A stretch of DNA of 40,378 nt from assembly GCA_032128375.1 (NCBI GenBank), contig JAQBGU010000126.1, positions 1-40,378 on the forward strand, written 5' to 3'. The stretch comes from Deltaproteobacteria bacterium (lineage in GTDB: Bacteria > Myxococcota_A > UBA9160 > SMWR01). Each line of letters starts with the position of its first letter. Position 1 is the first letter of the stretch. A program made the position numbers and the translations under genes. Below, piece by piece: positions 27,943 to 37,200 of this stretch. The notes under the pieces are model-generated. The model did no database searches and was not told the origin of the DNA. It worked only from the letters and a program-made list of their open reading frames with translations.

Positions 27943-28067
27943 GGAGTCAGTTTGGCGGGATCCTCGCGTCGAGTCCAGCTATTCGCCGGACCGCCAATGG
28001 GCGACCTGCTCGACTATCATTGCGCCAGCACTCGATGCGCTTCGAAGCGCTTCGAAGGGAGTGAGGC

Positions 28068-28544
28068 TTGATCGCATTTCCCCAGCCTGGCGGCTGCCTC
28101 TGTGGTGAGATCAGATATCGCGTGTTGGATGCGGGATTGACGCTATATGCATGCCATTGCACGGACTGCCAGCGGCAGTCGGGCTCCAGCTTCAGCCTCT
28201 CACTGGTGGTCCGAAGAACTTCACTAACGCTGCGAAGCGGCCGACCGGCCGAGTATTCCCTCACGCTTGCCGATGGTCGACGAAAGCATTCGCAATATTG
28301 CAGCGACTGCTGCACTCGATTGTTCAGCCCTTCCCGCGCGCCCGAACTCGTCATCGTGGAGGCGGCGGGCCTGGACGACACTTCCTGGTTGCGTCCGGTG
28401 GCTCACGTCTGGACCCGGAGCGCACAGTCCTGGTTCGAGCTACCGGACGACGCTCTGCGGTACGACCAGGGGCCGGAGCCGGACGACTTCTTGTTGTTCA
28501 TCCGCGCGTGGACTGAGCTTTCGCATTCGAGGGAGTTTCGATGA
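28068..28544 (+). CDS. GFA/CENP-V family Zn-binding protein
   Basis: GGCLCGEIRY, CHCTDCQRQSGS, YCSDC and PVAHVWTRSAQSW. Confidence 0.9.
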   Translation: MIAFPQPGGCLCGEIRYRVLDAGLTLYACHCTDCQRQSGSSFSLSLVVRRTSLTLRSGRPAEYSLTLADGRRKHSQYCSDCCTRLFSPSRAPELVIVEAAGLDDTSWLRPVAHVWTRSAQSWFELPDDALRYDQGPEPDDFLLFIRAWTELSHSREFR

Positions 28545-29095
28545 TCGTTGCGGAGCAAGCGGCGAACATTCGCACCGTGCGATTCGACATTGATCCGATC
28601 GACCTGCCGGCAATGCGGGCACTTCTGGACAACCGGCGCGACGATGCGTCGGCGGCCATCGGTGCAGCGATACCCGATGGCTGGTCAGTCGCACACGAGA
28701 GCTGGCTACGGATGAGGATCGGACAGGTCGAAAAGGATCCGTGTTGGGCTCCCTGGTTGCTCCGGTCCATCGTGCGCCGAGGCGACCACATGCTCACCGG
28801 TACCGTCGGCTTTCACGGGCCGCCCGGCTCTCATCCGCTAGAACCCGAATCGCCCGGTGTCGTCGAGTTCGGCTACACGGTGGTCGACGAATTTCGCGGC
28901 AACGGTTGCGCGACCGATGCCGCGCGCGCACTGATGAACTGGGGCGAAATTTTCGGTGCACAGCGTTTCATTCTGTCGATTGCACTCGAAAATCACGCGT
29001 CTCGCCGGGTTGCAGAGAAGTTGGGTTTCGAGTTGGAGCGACAGTACGTGCACGAGTCGCGCGGTCGAGAGAACCTGTTCTCGCGATTCCCCTGA
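28541..29095 (+). CDS. GNAT N-acetyltransferase (RimJ/RimL type)
   Basis: GTVGFHGPP, VEFGYTV...FRGNGCATDA and NHASRRVAEKLGF; ATGA overlap. Confidence 0.88.
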   Translation: MIVAEQAANIRTVRFDIDPIDLPAMRALLDNRRDDASAAIGAAIPDGWSVAHESWLRMRIGQVEKDPCWAPWLLRSIVRRGDHMLTGTVGFHGPPGSHPLEPESPGVVEFGYTVVDEFRGNGCATDAARALMNWGEIFGAQRFILSIALENHASRRVAEKLGFELERQYVHESRGRENLFSRFP

Positions 29096-29131
29096 CGATT
29101 CGCTCGACCCCGATCGTGGCGACGCAAGAGG

Positions 29132-30100
29132 CTAGGAAGCCTGTCGGCCCGCTGCGCTCTCGCGCCGGATCTGCTCCCAACGAAACGGTGACTTGATCTG
29201 CGCCCACCAGGTCATCGGGAAGGCGGACAGGCCGGGGATTCCGATCTCTGCGGGCGGCTCGCGGTCTTTCGGCAGGAAGCGCGTTCCGAACAGCGTGTCC
29301 CAGACGATGATGGTCTGGCCGTAGTTGTGGTTGGATTCATCCATGGTCTTCGAATGATGCCATCGGTGCAGCTCTGCCATGCTGAAGAAGTGGTTGAGCA
29401 CCCCGAGCCGCAGTTGCAAGTTCGCGTGCTGGAAGATCCCATGCACGGCCGTCACCAACGTGAACAGCGCCAACACTTCGACGCTACACCCCAGCAGGAC
29501 GAGAAGGCCGTAGGATGGGATGAAGATGATCATGATATCGAGTGGGTGGAAGCGACCGGCGTTCAGCCAATACAGTCGCGGCGCGCTGTGGTGCGTGGCG
29601 TGAACGCGCCAAAGCGGTTCCCACTCGTGTTCGATGCGGTGAACCGTGTAGCCGGGCAGCTCGCCGATGACCAGCGCGAGCGCCAACTGGGCCAGTAGTG
29701 GCGCTTCGCTCGGCCAGAGTCCCATGCCGAATTCGCTCGACAACCAGCCACCGATCGCGACGCCGCCGGCCGCTACGAAGGGCGTCACGAGCCCAACCAG
29801 GATCCCGATGTTGATGCTGTGGGTTGCGTCCACGCGAACGTCGTCGTGCGGCCGGTTCCAGCTGCGATGGTATGGGTAGACGTGTTCGAGGATGGCCACG
29901 ACGGCGAACGCGCTTAGCTGCGGTATCAAAACCGCCTCGGGTGCTGGTACTCCGGTCGCCATCCAGTAGATGCACCACGCGACGCTGGCGCCCATCACGA
30001 CAGGGAAGACAGACCATTGAAAAGCGGCCGGAGCAACACGGCTGTCAGTCACCCGTTCAGTCACCCGTTCAATCACCCGTTCAATCACCCGTTCAGTCAA
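29132..30100 (-). CDS. Sterol desaturase/fatty acid hydroxylase family
   Basis: His boxes HRIEH, HATHH, HANL and HRWHH. The TTG at 30100 follows GGAGG; start uncertain. Confidence 0.9.
   Translation of the reverse strand: MTERVIERVIERVTERVTDSRVAPAAFQWSVFPVVMGASVAWCIYWMATGVPAPEAVLIPQLSAFAVVAILEHVYPYHRSWNRPHDDVRVDATHSINIGILVGLVTPFVAAGGVAIGGWLSSEFGMGLWPSEAPLLAQLALALVIGELPGYTVHRIEHEWEPLWRVHATHHSAPRLYWLNAGRFHPLDIMIIFIPSYGLLVLLGCSVEVLALFTLVTAVHGIFQHANLQLRLGVLNHFFSMAELHRWHHSKTMDESNHNYGQTIIVWDTLFGTRFLPKDREPPAEIGIPGLSAFPMTWWAQIKSPFRWEQIRRESAAGRQAS
30049..30096. repeat. Four 12-bp tandem units TCACCCGTTCAR
   Basis: TCACCCGTTCAG, TCACCCGTTCAA, TCACCCGTTCAA, TCACCCGTTCAG; reads TERVIERVIERVTERV in the desaturase frame. 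Confidence 0.92.
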
Positions 30101-30390
30101 CCATGCCTCCAGCGTGCGGCGGCAATCGCGATCAGACTTTCTCCAAGAACTCGAAGAACTGCAACGCATACACGGCATCGAACCCGGTAAGCGTACAATC
30201 TGTCAGACGAACAATCATCCCGGTCGAAGCACTGATTCGAATCGCGCGTGCGAGCGAGCCCACCGAGACGTGACCCAACCCGATACACCTCCACCTGATT
30301 CATCGATTGAAAGCCAAGCCGTGGCGCGCGACAATCATCCAGACGGGGGGCATCAGGTCGCTCGGGTTCCCGCGCGCTGGAGGATCGTTT

Positions 30391-31137
30391 GTGAATGGTA
30401 CGGCTCTTGGATTTGTCGCATTGCTCGGGATCGTCTGTTCCGGCGTGCTTTGGTTTCGTGCGATGGGCGCTGTCAGCCTGCCGGCCAATCGGTCCGGTTT
30501 CGTCGCCGCGTGGCTCGGCTGTGGCGCCCTCGGCATCGCGGCCATCGCCCAGGGGCCGGGCTGGGTGGGCGGCGTTCCCGCGGTTTTATCGATCATTGGC
30601 GCGAGTTTTTTCCTTTTCACGGTGACGATCAGCCGCCAACAAGTGAAGGCCGACGCAATCCGCGTGGGTGCGACGTTGCCCGATTTCAGTGCTGCTGACG
30701 AAAACGGTGAAGCGTTCGACTCATCCAGCCTCGCGGGTCACCCAGTCCTGATCAAGTTCTTTCGCGGACACTGGTGACCCTACTGCGTCGCCGAGTTACG
30801 GCGATGGGAAGAGCTTCGGCCCGAGTTCGATGCACGCGGTGTCCAGATCGTCACGGTCTGCACCGACACGCCCAACCAGATCAAGGCCGGCCACAAGAAG
30901 CACAACCTCGGCGCACGCATGCTCTCGGATCGGGAACTCGAAGTGACGGATCGCTTCGGCTTGCGCAATCAGGGTTTCCATTCCGGGATTCCCGGCCAAG
31001 CCAAGGCATTGCCGGTACCCACTTCGATCTTGGCAGATGCCGACGGGAAGGTGGTGTGGATGGATCAATCCGAGAACTACCAGCGCCGGTCGGACCCCGA
31101 CTACGTGCTGGGCGCGCTACGAACTCACCTCGCCTGA
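30391..31137 (+). CDS. Membrane-anchored AhpC/TSA (peroxiredoxin-like) selenoprotein, UGA=Sec at 30775-30777
   Basis: GGAGGA then GTG; three TM segments; VGATLPDFSAADENG...PVLIKFFRGHW*PYCVAELRRW. The same frame stays open through IVTVCTD...MLSD...PTSILADADGKVVW to the stop at 31137 (248 aa). Confidence 0.88.
30786..30806 (+). promoter_or_regulatory. Candidate bacterial SECIS element
   Basis: Stem CGTCGCCG/CGGCGATG (8 bp, one G-U) with loop AGTTA starting 16 nt after the UGA. Confidence 0.7.
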
Positions 31138-31157
31138 GCTATCGCGCGGCTTCCAGG

Positions 31158-31212
31158 AGCCCGACCCAAGATGGGTCGGGCGATGACGTCGAAACTTTTG
31201 ACGCGCAGCGGC
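31158..31212. repeat. Dispersed intergenic repeat, copy 2, with hairpin
   Basis: GCCCGACCC-aagat-GGGTCGGGC hairpin plus a second stem; similar to 8234-8287; lies between convergent genes. Confidence 0.65.
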
Positions 31213-31222
31213 GAACGCGCAA

Positions 31223-32104
31223 CTAGTGGACCGCGGGCGCACACGCGCCCGCGGCAAGCGTCGACAGGCAGTAGTCGGGCCGGTGCAGCCAGCAACTCGG
31301 GTGAACGTCGTGGATATCCGTCCGAAGGCTGCGCACTGCGTCTTGACCACCTCTGCCAAAAGCCTCGCGTAGGGCCGCGTCACCTGTCGAATCACGGCCA
31401 CCGAAGCATGGGTAGATGCCCACCGGCGAGACGAATTTCGCGTCGAAGTTTCCTTTGTGGTACTCGAGTCGCAACATGTGACCGCCCCCCATTCCGCGCT
31501 CGTCGATTGCGACCGTCATGGGAAACAGCATGCGGCCAGCGTCGGCAAGAGAGTTCAACCAGATCGGCTGTGGGTCGGTGGCTCCCGCGTTGACGAAGAT
31601 CACGTCCTGCGGCCCCGGATCGAATGAACTGCCGTCCGCGCAGTGGACACTCACCCAGTCGTAGCCCGCCAGGTTCGCGGTCGATCGTTTCGCCAACTCG
31701 GGATCCAATTCGATGGCGGTTACCGCGCCCGCAGCGCCTACGACCTCTGCGATGATGGCCGTGTAGTAGCCAACTCCGCAGCCGACGTGCAGCATGCGAT
31801 CACCCGCTGCGATATCAAGCGCATCGAGCCAGGCTGCGAGCCCGGAAGGTTGGCCATTATTGAGCTGGCGGCTCTCGTCGATAGCGACCAGGATATTGGC
31901 ATAGAGGTGACCTGGATCTGCGTCTGCGGTGGTGCGATACCCGCTCAGCGGCGACCCCTCGATGACTCGCCACGGTCCCCGTCCGAGGTAGTCCTCCCGG
32001 TGTACCGTCGCGAATGCGCGAACCAGGGCCTCCGATCGCAGACTGGAAATCTTGCGGAGATCGTTTGCGAAACTGGCACGCCTTTGATCGAGCGAGTCGG
32101 TCAC
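31223..32104 (-). CDS. Protein-L-isoaspartate O-methyltransferase-like SAM methyltransferase
   Basis: AFATVHREDYLG, LNNGQPS, LHVGCGVGYYTAIIAEVVG and DVIFVNAG. Confidence 0.88.
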   Translation of the reverse strand: MTDSLDQRRASFANDLRKISSLRSEALVRAFATVHREDYLGRGPWRVIEGSPLSGYRTTADADPGHLYANILVAIDESRQLNNGQPSGLAAWLDALDIAAGDRMLHVGCGVGYYTAIIAEVVGAAGAVTAIELDPELAKRSTANLAGYDWVSVHCADGSSFDPGPQDVIFVNAGATDPQPIWLNSLADAGRMLFPMTVAIDERGMGGGHMLRLEYHKGNFDAKFVSPVGIYPCFGGRDSTGDAALREAFGRGGQDAVRSLRTDIHDVHPSCWLHRPDYCLSTLAAGACAPAVH

Positions 32105-32281
32105 GATCGGTTCACCTGATTCGAATTTCCGAGCTGCAATTGTGGAGTATTTCTCCCAAATTTGCCCCAGGGTCGGCATCTCCCAAACCCTGACGGCGTC
32201 GCTCCTACGGTAGATCTATCGCTCGAAACCCCGCGGCCGACTAGCATTCCGATCCACCGAATCGTTCAACAGGGGGATGGG

Positions 32282-32716
32282 ATGACAACTCTCAGTATGA
32301 CTCGAACCGAACGCGAGGCCTTCTTGGCAGATCTACACGTCGGTGTCATCAGCATCGAAGAACCCGGCCGGGCCCCGCTGACGGTTCCGATCTGGTACGA
32401 CTACGACCCCGCGATCGGGGTTTGGGTGATCACCGGCGCCGAATCGCGAAAGGGCCAGCTGCTGGCCCAGGCAATGCGGTATTCGCTTTGTGCTCAGATC
32501 GAGACCGGCCTCTACAAGTATGTGAGCGTCGAAGGTCCGATTATCGAAATCCGAGCAGCCGAGGTCGAAAAAGACACTCGCCCGATGGCACACCGCTATT
32601 TTGGAGCGGAGTTTGGAGACCAGTACATCGCGAGTTCGCAACAAACCGGCAACCAGGTATACGTGATGCAGCCCACGCGTTGGCTCACAGTCGACTATGC
32701 GAACGCGGCACCTTGA
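32282..32716 (+). CDS. Pyridoxamine 5'-phosphate oxidase-like (FMN/F420 split-barrel) protein
   Basis: MTRTEREAFLADLHVGVISI...PLTVPIWY...SRKG...YKYVSVEG...WLTVDY. Confidence 0.88.
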   Translation: MTTLSMTRTEREAFLADLHVGVISIEEPGRAPLTVPIWYDYDPAIGVWVITGAESRKGQLLAQAMRYSLCAQIETGLYKYVSVEGPIIEIRAAEVEKDTRPMAHRYFGAEFGDQYIASSQQTGNQVYVMQPTRWLTVDYANAAP

Positions 32717-32999
32717 TCATCGATCGGCTGATCGGAGGCTCCGCACTTTCGATCATGGTCGGCACTGTTGGCCCAGTCGTCAGTAACAGCGTCAGTATGC
32801 AGAATCCGCCCCCGATGATCGTGTAGGGCTCGCAGTCGTAGATGACTCGCCCCTGCTCACCGTGCTGCCAGTCGAGGACAGGCTGCAGGGAGGGAGGCGC
32901 CATCCCCGGAGCTGGCTCCGCTCCAACAAGGTGCTGCCGGAGTAGGCGTCGGTGGAGTGTGGAGCGGAGGGCCCCAATCAAACAGGGTCTCCGTCCAGG

Positions 33000-33197
33000 G
33001 CGCACCTCGGACGGTGGGTACCGCACTGCTTTCGGTTCCGACCATGCGATGCACTGGCTGGGCCGCGTGGCCGGACGGTTCGCGCGTTGGCAGATGGGCC
33101 GGGTGCCGTCGACTGGATGATGGGAGCCGTAAGAGCGGAGACGTTCACGACCGGTTCTGCGAGAGCCCGGGGGTGCGATTCCCCCGGGCTACTCTCC
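33000..33197 (+). mobile_element. Group II intron 3' remnant (maturase tail, domain V, domain VI)
   Basis: 34-nt DV at 33124-33157 with AGC triad, GAGA tetraloop and AC bulge. DVI at 33161-33194 has a 10-bp perfect stem and a bulged A at 33191. Upstream is a frameshifted AHLGRW...RFR / HWLGRVAGRFARWQMG...*. Confidence 0.88.
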
Positions 33198-33375
33198 TCG
33201 ACATCGCCGCCGACGGTCGAATCTTCTTCTCCGACGCCTCGATCTCTACGAGAGCCACAGAGCTACGATGCGCCCACCGAGATCGTCAGCGGCCGCGTCA
33301 CAAGCCGCTTGTTCAGCTACGGACCCGACGGCCCGGGGCCTGCGACTCGAGCACGATGGGCTGCACTTCGTCGCC
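33197..33375 (+). pseudogene. Strictosidine-synthase-like/SMP-30 beta-propeller fragment with two frameshifts
   Basis: LDIAADGRIFFSDAS, then EIVSGRVTSRLFSYGP, then LEHDGLHF in three successive frames. This matches the family's D.A.DG.IYFSDAS...GRLL.YDP...DGL.FAN order. Confidence 0.75.
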
Positions 33376-33389
33376 GACCAGCGCGAACC

Positions 33390-34271
33390 TCATTCTGCAG
33401 GGGGCTGGCTTTCGATAGGACTCGGACGCTTCAGTCCCGGGATCGGTCGGCCCACTTCCAATGCCACCATGGTGAAAAACGAGTCGTCGATCGGAGGATT
33501 CATCGCGATGTCCTCGAATCGTGCCTCAGTCCGCGTCCCGCGCAGAGTATTTGTAACGACGATTCGAGAGGGAATGAGGTGCGCATCCAGCGAGATCAGG
33601 TCGGAACGGGGTGTCTCCAAGATCCGAAACGGTTCGGGCGAATCCGTTCGTTTGAAAAATTCCACCCTTAGCAACACGTCGTCGGTTGCGGCAATCAGAA
33701 AATCGACGTGGTCGTAGCCGGCCCCATCGACCGGTGACGCCTCAACGACGAACAGCGCCTCGTTGGCATCGACAACGTTGCGGGTCGATCGAATCTCATA
33801 GTCTTGTGCGCGCCGACGCTCGAAGTCCTCGAACCAAAGGTCCGAACCCATAAACGAGTCGGTGCGCTGGAAGCTCGACACTCGCCGAACGCGCTGCATC
33901 TCGGGAAGAAAAACGAAGTGATCGTCGGCTCGGTCGAGATGCTCCAGCATGAGAATCGTCGTGCCGCGCATCCACATCGGTTCGAGGAATCGTCCGTAGA
34001 CGTTTTGACGACCGCCGATTCGCTTCCGGGCGATCTCGACCCTTCGAATCAGCTCGTCTCCGCGCCGGTCGTAGATGTGAAGTGTGACGTTCATCAGAAG
34101 GTCGCAGTCGTACAGATTGTCGAAAGCACGGTCCAGAATCGTTTCGCCATGCATCGAACTCACCAGCCCGGACCCATCGTCGGCGGCCCCGAGCAGGGCA
34201 ATCGATAGGGCGACAATCAACAGGGCGTAACGGCTTTCCAACGGTTTCCCCCGATTCGCTCCGCTTCTCAC
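33390..34271 (-). CDS. LolA-like 'outer membrane lipoprotein-sorting' family protein
   Basis: Signal-like N-terminus; RFLEPMWMRGTTIL...DDHFVFLPEMQRVRRVS...SFMGSDLWFEDF...NPPIDDSFFT; GTGA overlap with the upstream stop. Confidence 0.85.
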   Translation of the reverse strand: MRSGANRGKPLESRYALLIVALSIALLGAADDGSGLVSSMHGETILDRAFDNLYDCDLLMNVTLHIYDRRGDELIRRVEIARKRIGGRQNVYGRFLEPMWMRGTTILMLEHLDRADDHFVFLPEMQRVRRVSSFQRTDSFMGSDLWFEDFERRRAQDYEIRSTRNVVDANEALFVVEASPVDGAGYDHVDFLIAATDDVLLRVEFFKRTDSPEPFRILETPRSDLISLDAHLIPSRIVVTNTLRGTRTEARFEDIAMNPPIDDSFFTMVALEVGRPIPGLKRPSPIESQPPAE

Positions 34272-37200
34272 TGCGTGAGCGGCACATGCAATACGAAACT
34301 GCTGCCCTCGCCAGGCGTCGATGTTACACAGATCTTCCAGCCCATACCCTCGGCGATCTCACGACTGATCGACAGCCCAATCCCCCGGCCTCCCGAACGG
34401 GACCGGGTCGTGTAGAACAGGTCGAATACTCGAGTGGTTTCGTCCAGAGTCATCCCGACTCCACTATCTCGAACCTCGAATGACAGCTCGCCACTCAACT
34501 CGGTCGCGTACACCCAGACGCTATCCTCTACGTCGCTCGCAGCGAGGGCATTCTCGACCAGGTTGGTGAGGATTCGAGCGAGCTTGTCCGAATGCTGCAT
34601 TCGAGGAAGTTCGGGCGCGGCACTGACGAGAACGCGGCCACCACCGGGATCGACTGCATCCACCACTCGGCCGATCACTTCGGTGACGGGGATCCCAATC
34701 CCAGGAGCGGGGTGGTGAGCCAGTTCGTCGACCATTCCGTACACGATTTCCAGTACGTGCTGCGACACAGCTTCGATCTTCGCGGCTTCTGCGCGCATCT
34801 GCTCGGGTTTCGAACTGGTGGCGATGATGCGTTCCGCGCGCCGCTCTATGACGCGCAGAGGGGTACCCAGATCGTGGGCGATACCGGTCACGAGCCGACC
34901 GAGAGCCGACCGTTCGGCAGCCGACGCTTGCTGTTCGGCCGCACGGGCGTTTCTGACAGCAGATGCGGTGTGTACGGCGGCCTTGCATGCAAACTCGATT
35001 TCTTCGCTCGAGAAGGCACGACCGGAATCCGGCGACCCAATCAGGATGATCCCCATGGGCTCGTCTCCGTCGTCGATCGAGATGAGAAGTTCGACTTCGG
35101 CGTTGCGGAGAGCAACGGCATCTGGTGAATCCGGCGCATCCCCTCGTGCGAGATGCAGGAACTTCCGATCGCCCAATAGCTCGATAGCGAATGATGCATA
35201 CTGGAGTCGAAACGCGGGACTCGCGAGCCCTGCGTAGGCGGGACAGCAATCGCCGTCACGAATGAGAAAGACCGCAACTCCAGTCGACTCGAGTCCCGCT
35301 TCGAGCGTTTGACCCACGAGCGTTGCGCTGACCACCTCTGATGAGAGATCGGCCTTCCTGACCTCCTGCACTCTCAATAGTTCCCGCCGTTTTCTCGCGC
35401 CGGGCGCGAGCGTATCGGTCACAACCGGTGAAAGTCTTCGATGGATCGACTCGGAGATCGCGAAACCCAAGGCTCCCGACAGTACCCAGAGCGAGACACC
35501 GCCAATCCCAACCATCGCATGGAAAGTCGTGATTGCTGTCGCAGTGATCGCTCCCGCAACACCGACACGTACAACCCCATCGAGAATCGACCTGGCGTTC
35601 GCGGCCAGGTCGAATAGCTCGTACCGCGTGGTCGCGTATCCGAACGGCACTGCGAACAGGCCAAGGCCTGAGAGAAGCGGAACCATTGAACCGCCAGCTA
35701 GAGACTCCCCCCAGCCGAAGTGGATCGCGCCAAAGATCAGCGGAACTCCCGCCGACCCGACGAGCAAGAGACGGGCTCGTGTACGCTCCAGTGCCGACCT
35801 CGTCTCATTTGCGGCCCTCACGGCATTGATCCACAACACGAGCGCGCCACACCACGTGAATGCGAGCTGAAATTGAACGACGAGGGTCCACAGGCTCGGC
35901 TCTCCTCTCAAGCCACGAACACCCGCGAATGCGAGAAGTACTGCGAATCCATAGGGGACCAAAACCACACCGGGCGCTTCGCGCGTAACGCTGCCTCGTC
36001 TCGGAAACGTCAAAGCCAGATGCCCCAACGTCGCTGGAATCAAAGGGGCCGTGGCAACACCAATCCATGCCAGAAAGGGGCTCTCGAAGTGGCATAGGAT
36101 GGCAATGAGCTGCACACCAGTGACGGAAAAGAGGAGTAACAGCGGCGTAGAGGCTCGTGCGGTTGCGCTCGAGTACACGCGAATTCCGAACGCCAATACG
36201 ACGGAGACGATGCACCCCGCCAGCAGGATTCCCAGCAGGCGCGAGCCGGGCGCCGCCGCAGAGGTAGGTACATCGATCGACCTCCGAACACCATCTCGCT
36301 CGACACTGAGTCGCACTCTGCCTTGGCTGCTCTCGATGGCTTGCGAGTACGGCCGATCACGCGAGAACGAAACAAGCCTTCCATCCGCCTCCACTCCCAG
36401 CACCTGATCGAGGGGTCGGAGCGGACAATCGTGGGATGACCCGACGATGAGCGGGATCACTCCGTTTGGCATGACTCGACAGGCCAGGCGTGTTTCGGGG
36501 TCATTTGGGGAGAGCCAAGGAGCTGCAGCCAGAACGAATGCAGTCAGGAGGGGAAGGACGAGGGCGACCAGCTGGACTCGTCGCCGCGACTCCGATGTAT
36601 GCTCCTCAACCCCCGGTGGCCCATCCGGAGCCTTGCCTTGCGACGATCCGGTCACGACGAAAATGATGGCGGGCAGCACCCAGAGATCCGCAACCAATGC
36701 GCCAAAGATCGCCACTCCTGCCAAGAACCCGAAACTCGCGATGCTCTGCCAGGAAGAGAACAGAAGCATGAAGAAGCCGAGAGTCAGGGCAACCGAGGTG
36801 GTGACGATTGCGCGACCGACGTGACGAACCGCGCCTTCGATTGCTTCCGCGCCTTCGGAGCCATCCCTTCTTCGTCGGTGAAATTCGGCGATCAGATGGA
36901 TGGCGTCGTCGACGGCGAGGCCCAACACGATTGCTGCAACCATCGCGGTTCCGACGTCGAGGTTGATGCCAGCGAAACCCATCACGCCCAGCGTCACCAC
37001 GACCGGAAGCAGTGTCGGGAACATCCCGACCAGGGCCCATCCGAACGACGCACCCACACTGAGACCAATCCAACGAATGAACAGGACAAGGATTCCGAGG
37101 ATCACCACAGCAGCGGTCGCGAAACTCGATAGCTGGGTTTGCTGGATCTCGGTCACCATGTCGCGATAAACGGCATAAGGGCCAGTAAGTGTGACCGCGA

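Noticed and set aside
30195..30340. Direct repeat ACAATCATCC (30211-30220, 30331-30340) between the desaturase and selenoprotein genes
   Set aside because: Only 10 bp in two copies; cannot be distinguished from chance.
30775..30777. TGA as a nonsense mutation or a sign of an alternative genetic code
   Set aside because: It falls exactly on the redox Cys position, with a SECIS-like hairpin and an intact downstream frame. TGA ends many other genes in the window normally.
32916..32969. Inverted repeat CTCCGCTCCA/TGGAGCGGAG with CCAAC, resembling an integron attC site
   Set aside because: No RYYYAAC/GTTRRRY pair, no convincing L boxes, and no integrase or cassette array.
32717..32999. Unassigned DNA upstream of the intron remnant
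   Set aside because: No recognisable ORF, intron 5' end or IS terminus; left unannotated.
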